Origin: the human T2T-CHM13v2.0 reference genome, Homo sapiens
NCBI RefSeq assembly: GCF_009914755.1
Contig: NC_060938.1
Length of the DNA stretch: 64,000 nt
Strand: one strand, 5' to 3'
Position 1 is the stretch's first letter, and the number at the start of each line of letters is the position of its first letter. Made by a program: the position numbers and the translations under genes. The notes beneath the pieces were generated by a model, which saw only the letters and a program-made list of their open reading frames with translations, was not told the DNA's origin and made no database searches. Below, one piece after another: positions 49,530-64,000 of the stretch.

Positions 49530-50190
49530 TTCATTCATTAACCAGGAAATACTCATTACCCACTGCGCTAGTCGTTTGTGATAGAGCAATAAGCAAAACA
49601 GACAAAAATCCCTACTGTCATGGGAAAGAGAAAAAAATGACAAAAAATAAGCAAAACATACTATGTTAGATAGTGATAAGTGATGAAGTGAAAATAAGAG
49701 AGGACTCACAATTTTTGAGAGGGTAATAGAGGGACCAGAGAAGGCTCATGAGGAGGTGACATTGGAGTTAAGTGACAGAGTGAGGAAATTGGCCATGCAG
49801 CTAACTGGAGGAACAATATTCCAGGCAGAAAGAACAGCAAGTGCAAAGTCGCTGCAAGTGGCCATGTTCCTGGCAGATTGGAGGAACAGTAAGAGGGTTT
49901 ATGTACTGGAAAAGACGGGGAGACGAATGGGGAATGCAGTTAGAGAGTAACAATAGCCACGGCACCTAGGGCTTTGTAGGCCATTGTAAGGAATGTTACT
50001 TTGAGCAGAGGAGTGACATGATCTGAGTTAATGTTTTCATAGGACTGCTTTGGATGCTGTGTGGAGAGTAGACAATGGAGCTAAGGGCAAAAGGGAGATC
50101 AGTCAGAAGTTATTGCTGGCTTGGACCCAGGCAATAATAGGTGGAGAGGTAAGTGGACATATTTTAGACATATTTTAAAGAAAGCCAACC
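49530..50190 (-). mobile_element. L2a
   Basis: tcattcatt...acagacaaaaatccct...ccaggcagaaagaacagcaagtgcaaag...tttgagcagaggagtgacatgatctga. Confidence 0.8.
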
Positions 50191-50764
50191 AAATTTGCTG
50201 ACATTGAATATGGAGTGTGGGAGTATCAATCACTGCCATGGGTATGAAAATCTTAATAAACAGAATTGGAACTCACTAGAAGCAGAGTGTACTGAGAGAA
50301 ACATTAGAAAAACAGTTACTTGTTCCTGTGGTTCAGAAATAAGGACGAGTCCTAAAGCGTTGATAGTGTGCAGGGAGAAGAAAGAGTGATGAAACTTAAG
50401 TGAGAGCACAATGGGGTTTTGTTACACATCAGGGTATGAAGGCGGGAGCTGAAGGAGGAAGGGGGAGCCAAAGAAGTGCCAGGTTTCTGCCTAAGGCTTA
50501 CCTCAGAGAAGGACAAAAGGATATTAGCATCTTGTTAATAAAGGCAACTCTTCACACCTGGAGTTTTCCCAGAGCCTGAAGTACGGGGACACCTTTCACA
50601 TGTGCGGAGGAAAGAATCCTAGAATTTTATAGTTGAAAAAGAATTCTGAGATTGCCTAGGCTCACCTCATCAACATCAAAAAGGAACGAGAAAAATTAAG
50701 TGTTTTGTCTCAGATTACATTCCTGGTTAATGACAGAATAGCATCAGAACTGGAGTTTTCAATT

Positions 50765-51062
50765 CCCTTTTTTTCCCCCCTGAGGCAGAGTCTTGCTCTA
50801 TCCCTCAGGCAGGAGTGCAGTAGCACTATCTCAGCTCACTGCAACTGCTGCCTCTCAGGTTCAAGCGATCCTCCTACCTTGGCCTCCTGACTAGCTAGGA
50901 TTACAAGCGCCCGCCACCACACCTGGCTATTTTTTGTATTTTTAGTAGAGACTGGATTTCATCATGTTGGCCAGGCTGGTCCCGAACTCCTGGCCTCAAG
51001 TGATCTGCCCGCCTCGGCCTCCCAAAGTGCTGCAATTGTAGGCGTGAGCCACCAGGCCAGCC
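50765..51062 (-). mobile_element. AluS
   Basis: Reverse dimer. Confidence 0.9.
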
Positions 51063-51667
51063 TCAATTTCCGTTTGGGGCTCTTTACTGCTACGGAACAT
51101 TCAGAATCCCACTAATGTGAGTCCAGACTGTTTCTAACAGTTGTTTTGAAAGCCGTCTGTGTTCCTTAGAGAGTACTCCCTTTTACAATGCTATTTAATT
51201 TCTGTGGATTATAGCAGAGAGAAAGCCTTAATTAGGTGCTCTATTTAAGACAACTAATTTGCCTTTTTATCAAGGAGGGTACATTCCAGAATCAACAATC
51301 TGCAGGCAGCATTAGCTATAGCAATGCACAACAAATATGTGAACTTTGAATTTGAATCCTTAAATCTAAAAGCTTTGAATTCATGTTTGTTTTCTAGAAA
51401 TTCCTTGACTTCTGAGAATTTTTATTAAGGAATTCAGATTTGCTGTAGTTCTACGGAGCTGTAATTCTCCAGACATTGCCTTCAATAATGCTAATACTGC
51501 ATTCCATAATAGAGATTTTTTTTTTCCCCTTACAGTTACATTCTTAGTGGAGAAAACTGGCAATTAGGGAGCTTCTCATGTTTTAACAACTTTTTTAAAA
51601 AATTAATTTAGTATTAAAATTTATTTTAGTGGAGCCTATAAGGTATGACCCTGGGCTAACCTCATAG

Positions 51668-52022
<355 letters not shown>

Positions 52023-52547
52023 AAACCCTTTGATTTCTAAAGTGTCTTTCAGTCCTGGAGTTTTCTGCCATGTAGGCAGAAGGGAATATGCAAAAATAAA
52101 AACTTACCTTCATAGGATAAGAGAAATGTTGGTGATTTTCTTTCTTTAAAAAGTTTGTTCTTTATTCAAGTATTAAAGAAAATATTAAAATATCAGCATT
52201 ATATAAAATCATGATTAGCATAAAAATAAAATTTCGTGCCAGATTGTTACTTTCAAAGACAGCTAAGGTCTTTATGCTATGTTGACTTCCTCGTTGGAAG
52301 CATGTAAAATTTTAAAGGGTGAACTATTCAGTGAAAGATTATCCAAGAAAGACAACCAAAATGGAAATAAGCCCTACATATGGCGCCTCAGAAAAAAAAA
52401 AAAAAAAAGGAAAAAAGGAGAGGAACTTCTAGTCTACTCTCCAGCTCACTCTTCTTCTTCACATAACAAGATAAACTTAATCTGTCTCAGGAAGATGTAA
52501 TAATTATGCCAATTATAGCTCTTCAAGTCTCCAAAATTTTGCTATTA

Positions 52548-52889
<342 letters not shown>

Positions 52890-53036
52890 TTAGGCAGAAA
52901 CTTTGGTTGTTTCCTATGAAGGATAAGGGTGTGTAATGTCTACACAGATCTGAAGATATTATATAATTGCTTAATATTAGCAATTTAGTAGGGTTCCTAA
53001 ACTCCTGTTATGTAAGATGAATCATCCCCCCAGTAA

Positions 53037-53369
<333 letters not shown>

Positions 53370-53688
53370 TTAGTATCACAATTCTAATCAAAAGGAGTCA
53401 AGCTGGGAGATTCGGTGTCTCTGAGCTTAGCTTTTGTTCTTATGTACTGTTATTGCCTAGACTTAGAGGTCCTCTGAAACCTTGACAGAAAGCCAAAATG
53501 AGTCTTCTATTTTTGGCAGCACTGGCCTCGGACTTCAGTTGTCTGTCCTTCTGGTTCTTTCTGTATCTTGACTTCTCTGACCCTAGAAACTTTTATTTTG
53601 CTTCCAGAATTGGGCCGTATCTTCAGCCACTTTCAACTTTATTTTTAAACTATTCTTTGCAATTATCAGTTTTTACTTGGCTTCGTGA

Positions 53689-54370
53689 TGTTGTGAAATA
53701 TATATTTGGTCTTCATCTGTTTCCTGACATAGAGTTCTTAAACCCTTGTAATCTCCAGAAGAGTGTCTTTTGTATGCTAATGAGATGACTGGTGGCTAGA
53801 TAGCTTCAGAATAAGGGCTGGTCACCCAAGAAAGACCAAAGTAGGATTAGAGGGTGGGGACTTTCAGCCCCACCACCAACCTTCTGGGACGGGAGAGGGG
53901 CTGAAGGTTAAGTTGACCACCAATAGCCAATGATGTATTAAGTCATTTCTACATAATGGAGCTTCCATAAAACCACAAATGACTGGCTTTTGAGAGTTTC
54001 TGGATGGCTAAACACACAGGTTCCTGGAAGCTGCCATTCCTAGGGAGGGCATGGAAGCTCCATGCCCCTTTTCCCATACCTCTCCCTATGTGTCCCTTCC
54101 ATCTCGATGTTCACAGGTATCCTTTATTCTATTCTTTTTAGTAAACTGGTAAACACAGTTTTTCCCTGAGTTCTGTGAGCTGCTCTAATAAATTAATAAA
54201 ACCCAAGAAGGGAGTTGTGGGAACACCAATTTATAGCTGATGGGTCAGAAACACAGGTCACAATGTGGGGCTTGCGATTGGCATCTGAAGTGGGGCAATC
54301 TTGTGGGACTAAGCCCTCAATCTATGGGATCCTATCAGGTAGATTGTGTTAAAAATTGAATTTAATACAT
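53689..54370. mobile_element. MER21-type LTR
   Basis: gagtgtcttttgtatgctaatgagatgactggtgg...ggattagaggg...ctttcagcccca...ttccctgagttctgtgagc. Confidence 0.75.
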
Positions 54371-55001
54371 CTATTTGAAATAGTTTCAAGGAAGAAGTTT
54401 AAACAGAACTTCTTCAGTAGAGCCAGAATGTAAAAAATTAAGAAAAAAATGGAAATGTCCCATTCCATGTGGAGACTGGCCACATAAATATATCTCCTCT
54501 CCCTCCTGGAACCCCAGTTAATTGACAGTGAAAGAATATAGAGAGAATAAACTTATAATTATTATGAGAACACAAAATAGGCCATCAGATCAGTAGATGT
54601 GACATTAATAAATGTCTAGAAGATGAAGAGTGATAGGGTTGCAAGAGGTGGGAGGAGATCAAGAGACAGTGAAGCAGGATGAAGTATTTTAGTTCACAGC
54701 CTAAGATGCTCATGGAAGCACATATTGCCAAAGGCCGAGGCGAGGCTTGGGATCACGTGCACCTGGTTTAATTAAGGAAGATAGGACACTAACGTGGAGC
54801 CGAGAAGAGCCATTAATTGAAAGTTAGACGTACACCCCCATAGAATTTCAGGTGTTAGGCACCTATTCCCTTGAAAAGGGATATTCAGGTTCTGTTTTTG
54901 GATAAATTAAATGGCCCTATGATAAAAATTTTAGCATTCTGACATTTGTATATCCTACAAACCAAAGAACTAAATCTCATAGAGCAGCGTCCGGGTAGTA
55001 G

Positions 55002-55379
<378 letters not shown>

Positions 55380-56800
55380 TAAAATATAAGTATGCAATCA
55401 AGGATCACCAGAAATTTCAGGAAAACTTGCAACATGAGTGATAGCAACATAAACAGAAAAATAGACTACAAATAAAACAGGTAATTCAGAGTATAAATGA
55501 GTACTTTAAGCAACAATGCTTATTACTATCAACAGGATGATTTGCAAGAAGATATTGCACTCATAAAACAATAGGAAGCTATGAAAAAGAAACAGATCAG
55601 AACAATAAAGAGCTGTTGGAAATTAAAGATAGGGGTTGCCAAAGTAGAATTTTCAGAACAAAGTTAGGAAGATAAAGTTGAGCAAATCTCCCAGAAAACA
55701 GAACAAAAAGACTGAGATGGGAAATCTCAAAGAACAGAAAAGAGAAATAGGCTTTATACAAAAGGCCCAATATCCTGAAAACTTAAGTTCCAGAAAGAGT
55801 TAACAGAGAAAATTGAGAAGTATATGGCAGACTCACTTCACAGCAATAACTTAAACATACCCTGAGAATGACCCTATGATCTCAGAAGAATGTGTGTTCG
55901 AAATTCCAAGCTAAGGAATTTGGGAGTAGCCAACCCAGAGATTCATTCCTTATCTATGAGGAACATCTGAATCCCCAGCCCATCCCATGGAAGACAGGCC
56001 TTCCAGGAGGATTGAGGTCCTTTGTTTTGGGTTAAATGAAGCTTGTCAGGTGGAGGTTGTTAGGAGGAGGGTGCTAAGGGAAAATGCTACATAAACTGCG
56101 CACTTTTTACAGAGGGCAGTGGTTCTCCTGTCCAGCCCACTGCCACTGGACTACCCTGTATATGAGTCCCCTCAATAAGTCCTATGTCTTGTTTGCTGGC
56201 TCCAGTTTCTTCTTCGGCCTCTCAAACACGGTGCCATTCCTACTGAAATCAGTAGGGGTCTGGTGACAAGATGCCATCATCAAAAATGAACACAAGATAT
56301 TTTTTCAGAGAGGGAGGAATTTCCCAATTGATAGGGTATCCCAAGTGCCCTTCGAAATAAATGAAAAAAGATCCATGTCTCAATGTGTTGTGAAATTTCA
56401 GAACATTAAGGGTAAAAGGAAGACCCTGAAAGGTTCCAGTGAAAAGATCTTAGCATTCTGACATTTGTATATCCTGCAAACAGAAGACAAAAGTATCAAT
56501 TATGAAGGAATGAGAATCACACTAATGTCAGATTTTTCATCAGCAACAAGGATTTCTATAAGACTATGGAGCAATGCCCTCAAATAAATGAGGGAAAATT
56601 AGTTGACAATTTTATACCCATCAAAAAAGGTGAATCAAAATCCAAATGTCAATCAAAAATGAAAGAATAAAGACATTTTTTGGAAATAAAGGGACTCAGA
56701 AAGTATACTTTTCATGTATCCTATTCTAGTAAGTTACTTTAGAAGATAAGTTTTTAAAAAATGAGAGAATAAACTCACACAAAGGACAAAACAAAAACAG
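55380..56800 (+). mobile_element. Ancient L1M ORF1-region remnant
   Basis: A-rich, with gtgaaatttcagaaca and cagatttttcatcagcaaca...tggagcaatgcc ORF1-like motifs. Confidence 0.6.
55820..56268 (+). mobile_element. ERV1 solo LTR (LTR9-like)
   Basis: cctgagaatgaccctatg...gagattcattccttatctatgaggaacatctga...ctcaataag...ggtgaca. Confidence 0.7.
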
Positions 56801-57185
56801 AAAAATAGGGACTCAAGAAATAGTGAATCTAACTCAGGAAAGTAATTTTAGTCTCAGTATCATGGTTGTATAGCAAGCCTGGAAGCCAATCAATCCAGAG
56901 TGAAATTGGCCTTTAGAGGACTCTAAAAGGAAGCTACCTAGGAAAAGATGAGATTTAAGAAATCTGTGTTAGAACAAATTACGAAGGTGATAAAGGCAGA
57001 AGATTCAGTGAAAAAAGAAAAGCAATGGGACATGAAAATTCAGGGAAATACAGCATTTTGGGACCTTTTGAGAAGACCTACTTTGAGAACAAAGAGATTA
57101 GTTTTGATTTTGACAAACCAAGAGATTAGTCAAAATTTGAAACTCAGGATTGGAGAAGTAACTGTAAGTGAACAGGTGGTAATCA

Positions 57186-57547
<362 letters not shown>

Positions 57548-58259
57548 AGGAAACCAAACTTTGTTATGCATTTTCTCATGTTACCGCATCTTAAAAAATT
57601 TCAGTTTAAAGAGCTCAGTATCTTTAACAACAACCAAAATTATACATTGAGTCAAGACAGGTCTAAACAGGACATTGAATGTCAAAATCCTGTGCCTTTG
57701 GCTGGCAATGCTGTTTATTTCGTGCTGATCAGGATTGAGGAACTAGAAATAACAATGTAGACAAAGAGCAGATTCAGTGGAGTGAGGAAATGGGAGGGGA
57801 TGAACAGGAGGTTGTGGTCAGAGGGGAATTTCAGAGTTTTAAATAGTTATCAGGTGTGACCAAATTAGCTCGTAGTTGGAGTAGAGGTGGAAGTAATGAA
57901 ATTGAGAAAGGAATGTAAAGGTCGCATGTTAGAAAACATGGAATATGGTAAAACAAACAACAAACTAAGCCATTGAAACAGGATGAAGGGACTGTCCTGC
58001 AAGTAGTAGAGAAGGAAGAGGAACGGCGACATAAATAAAAGGCATAAAAATAGATTTCTTTCTTATGATTCATGTATTGCTCAGAGGCTTCTGAATTCCT
58101 AGAACTTCTATTGAGATTTCCAAATCAGTTAGTAATAATATTCAAATATTGTATTTCACTGATGTGCTTTACTGTTAATTTCACAGTGCTATTAGAGGCC
58201 TAATGTCTTCAGATAAATTGATGTCAGAGCTTCCACAATAGTCTGTTGTCAATTTAGAG

Positions 58260-58698
58260 TATGGGTAGCTTTGCATGTTAGGGCCAAATGATCTCAGATG
58301 TAATTAGTTAATAGAACTGTGGGTGATCAGAAGTTAAGGATCTTGAGATGGAGAGAATGAGCTGGAAGTATCCAGGTGGGCCCAATGCCCAACGTAATCA
58401 CAAGAGTCCTTATAAAAGAGAGTCAGGAAAGTGGTGACAGGAGACGTGAGGATAGAAGCAGGAGGTTGATGAGGTGAGCCAAGCAGGCAGCCAGTCTCCA
58501 GAGGCTGAAGAAGTCAGGGAAGCGGATTCTGCCCTCAGAGCTCCCAGAGGCAGCCACCCTGCCAACAACACCTGGGCTTTAGCCTCCTGAGACTGATTTT
58601 GGACTTCTCATCTCCAGAATTGTAAGATAATGAATTGGTGTTGTTTTATGCCAGTAAGTTTATGGTAGTTTTTACGGTAGCAACAGGAAACTAATACG
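58260..58698 (+). mobile_element. MLT1C/D MaLR LTR
   Basis: tatccaggtgggccca...taatcacaagagtccttataa...ctccagaattgtaagataat...gcaacaggaaactaatac. Confidence 0.8.
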
Positions 58699-58769
58699 AA
58701 AAGTTTGCAAATGGTTTCAGGGTTTTGATTGCCAAATTTTATCAGCAGTGTGTGAATGCCTGTCTTTAA

Positions 58770-60080
58770 ATTTTTAACTGACACATACATATTATGGAGT
58801 ACAGAGTGATATTTTGATGCGTATGTACAATATGTAATGATCCAATCAGGGTAATTAGCATTATCTGTAACTTCAAATATTTATAATTGCTTTGTGGTGG
58901 GAACATTCAAAGTCCTCTCCTAGCTATATGAAAATATACAATAGACTACTAACTATAGTCACTCCACAGTGTCATAGAACACTGCAATTTATTTTTCCTA
59001 ACTGTAGTTTTGCATCCATTAACCAGCCTCTCCCTATCTTCCCCTCTCCCCTACCCTTCCCACCCTCTAGTAATCACTATAGTTTTTTAGTGTCCACATA
59101 TGAGTGAGAACATGCATTACTTATTTTTCCTTGCCTAGCTTATTTCACTTAATATAATGTCCTCTAATTCCATCCATGTTGTTGTAAATGATATGATTTA
59201 ATTCTTTATGGCCAAATAGTATTCCATTGTGTATATATACCACATTTTCCTTAGCCATTCATCTGTTGGTGGATTTCATGTGCGTCTGTTTGAGGAGACC
59301 ACCGAACAGGCCTTGTGTGAGCAACAAGGCTGTTTATTTCACCTGTGTGCAGGTAGGCTGAGTCCGAAAAGAGAGTCAGCAAAGGGTAGTGGATTATCAT
59401 TAGTTCTTATAGGTTTGGGGATAGGCGGTGAAGTTAAGAGCAATGTTTTGCGGGCAGGAGTGGATCTCACAAAGTACATTCTCAAGGGTGGGGAGAATTA
59501 CAAAGAACCTTCTTATGGGTGGGGGAGATTACAAAGTACCTTCTTAAGGGTGGGGGAGATTACAAAGTACATTGATCAGTTAGGGTGGGGAAGAAACAAA
59601 TCACAATGGTGGAATGTCATCAGTTAAGGCTATTTTTACTTCTTTTGTGGATCTTCAGTTACTTCAGGACATCTGCATGTATACGTGCAAGTCACAGGGG
59701 ATGCGATGGCTTGGCTTGGGCTCAGAGGCCTGACAGTGGACACTTAGGTTGATGCCATATTTTGGCTATTGTGACTAGCACTGCAATAAACTTGGGGGCG
59801 CAGACGTCTCTTTGATATACTGACTTCCTTTTCTTTGGATAAATACCCAGTAGTGAGATTGCTGGATCATATAATAGTTCTATATTTAGTTTTTGAGGCA
59901 CTTCCATGCTGTTTACCATAATGGCTATATTAATTTACATTCCCACCCACAGGGTGTAAGAATTCCCTTTCCTCCACATCCTCACCAGCATTTATTATGT
60001 TTGTTTTTGATAATAACCATTCTAACTGGAGTGATATGATATCTCATTGTGGGTTTTATTTGCATTTCCCTGATGATTGA
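58770..60080 (-). mobile_element. L1MA-type 3' end interrupted by LTR7
   Basis: Antisense L1 3' UTR/ORF2 end (YDPAISLLGIYPK). Confidence 0.88.
59274..59735 (-). mobile_element. HERV-H solo LTR (LTR7 family, repeat-rich 7B/7C-like)
   Basis: - strand starts TGTCAGGCCTCTGAGCCCAAGCCAAGCCATCGCATCCCCTGTGAC and ends CATGAAA, 462 bp. Perfect 5-bp TSD GTGGA at 59269-59273 and 59736-59740. Confidence 0.95.
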
Positions 60081-60599
60081 ATGTCTCTTTAATCTTTACC
60101 TTTTTTTAATGGGTATGTCCTCATTTAAATAGCTTGTAAACTTTTCTAGGGTATGAAACATGTCCAATACTTCTCTTTTTCATCTCATACAGGTATCCTG
60201 AACCTGATAGATCCACAAAAGTGTTAACGGTGTTGACAAATTTCAGTAGTGTTGATAAACTTCAAAAGAAACTTGACCTGAGTTTTTAAAAAGGAATTGC
60301 ATGAATTTTACTTTGAGCCTTCTGAGTTAGGTTGAGTATGATACTGCATGTGTTAGAGTTAAAAAAAAGTTCCTTCAATAGGATAGGATGTCAATAAACA
60401 AAAAAAGTTTTTGAAAGTAAGCTTAGCAGTGCCATTTTGTTACCAAAATGAGAGAAGCAATTTGAAAAAAAAAAAGAAATAGAAATATACAATACAGATT
60501 AATATGTAGAAATCGAACATAGATCATGCTTAACCTATCACAATTGTACATTTTTCCTCATTCTTTTTCCACCTATGTTGTTCTAACACATTATCAGAT

Positions 60600-61460
60600 C
60601 TAAGAGTTTTGGGGAGTATCTTTAGTTTTTAAAAATATGATTATGTCATCTGCAAAGAATAAGTTGATTTCCTCTTTTCCAACTTGGATGCCTTTTATTT
60701 CTCTTGCCTGGTTGCTCTGGCTAGGATTTCCTGTACCATGTTTAATAGGAGTGGTGAAAGTGGGCATCCTTTTCTTGTTCCAGTTTTTAGAGGAAAGGCT
60801 TTCAGCTTTTCTCAGTGCAGTATGCCTTTGGCTATGGGTAGTCATATATGACCATTATTATGTTGAAATATGTTCTTTTTATGCCTAGTTTGTTGAGAAT
60901 TCTTATTAAGGTATGTGGAATTTTATTAAATGCTCTTTCTACATCTATTAAGATAGTTTTTGTCCTTTATTCTGTTGATGTGACGTACCATGTTTGATTT
61001 GTGTATGTTGAACCATACTTGCATTCCTGGGATAAATCCCACTTGATCATGGTGTATTATGTGCTGGGGTTTGGTTTGCTAGTATTTTGAGGATCATTGA
61101 ATCTATGTTCCTCAAGGATACTAGCCTACAGTTTTCTTTGTTGTTGTTGTATCCTTGTCTGGTTTTTTTGTACTGGGGCAATGTTGGCTTTGTAAAATGA
61201 GTTGGGGAGAATTCCCTCTTCAATCTTTTGGAATAGTTTGAAAAGAATTAGTATTGGTTTTTTGTAAGTTTGGTAGAATTTCGTAGTGAAGACATCTAGT
61301 CCTGGACTTTTCTCTGAGAGACTTTTTATTACTGTTCCAATCTTGGTTGGTTGTATGTGTCCAGGAATTCATTTCTTGTAGGTTTTCCAGTTTGTTGGTA
61401 TATAGCTGTTCATCACAGTGTCTGATCTTTTTCATATGTGTGGTATCAGTTTTTTTCTAC
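60600..61460 (-). mobile_element. L1 ORF2 (reverse transcriptase region) remnant
   Basis: [21 protein letters not shown] and QLYTNKLENLQEM. Confidence 0.9.
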
Positions 61461-61479
61461 AAGTATATTTAAGACAGCT

Positions 61480-61911
<432 letters not shown>

Positions 61912-62034
61912 TTAATCTTATAATCATCATGTTACATAAAAAAGCAATGCAAAATAATACATTTCACAGTTGCTAACATGATGAAAAATAAAGGAATTAT
62001 AAAAGCTAGGCTAATTTTCATTTTTAAAAATCTA

Positions 62035-64000
<1,966 letters not shown>

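Noticed and set aside
59460-59590. 31-bp periodic repeats and the overlapping 132-aa ORF (59229-59627)
   Set aside because: These are normal U3 repeats of HERV-H LTRs, not a CRISPR-like array. The ORF is antisense to L1/LTR sequence.

Overview
This is primate, almost certainly human, genomic DNA at the ATL1/SAV1 locus (14q22.1 from recall). The + strand carries the last six coding exons of ATL1 (atlastin-1, SPG3A), including a 15-nt microexon encoding GSTNE, and its 3' UTR ending near 13210. The - strand carries the complete five-exon SAV1 gene (Hippo scaffold, 94+441+271+144+202 = 1152 nt = 383 aa + stop), with its CpG-island promoter at about 47.9-48.8 kb. The two genes are tail-to-tail with almost no gap. 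The rest is interspersed repeat: about 35 Alu/FLAM/FAM copies, L1/L2/MIR remnants, two Tigger1 elements, other DNA transposons, MaLR/ERV solo LTRs, a clean HERV-H LTR7-family solo LTR and a 7SL retrocopy. Almost every other ORF-track entry is repeat-derived or chance. I found no new protein-coding system. The best leads are regulatory: an in-frame poly-Arg uORF (with a second uORF upstream) in the SAV1 leader, the ATL1 microexon with its UGC motifs and competing inverted Alus, an LTR7 pointing toward SAV1, a candidate poison exon in SAV1 intron 1, STAT GAS motifs at the promoter, and several SAV1 3' UTR elements. Repeat subfamily names come from recalled consensus sequences, not from a RepeatMasker run.
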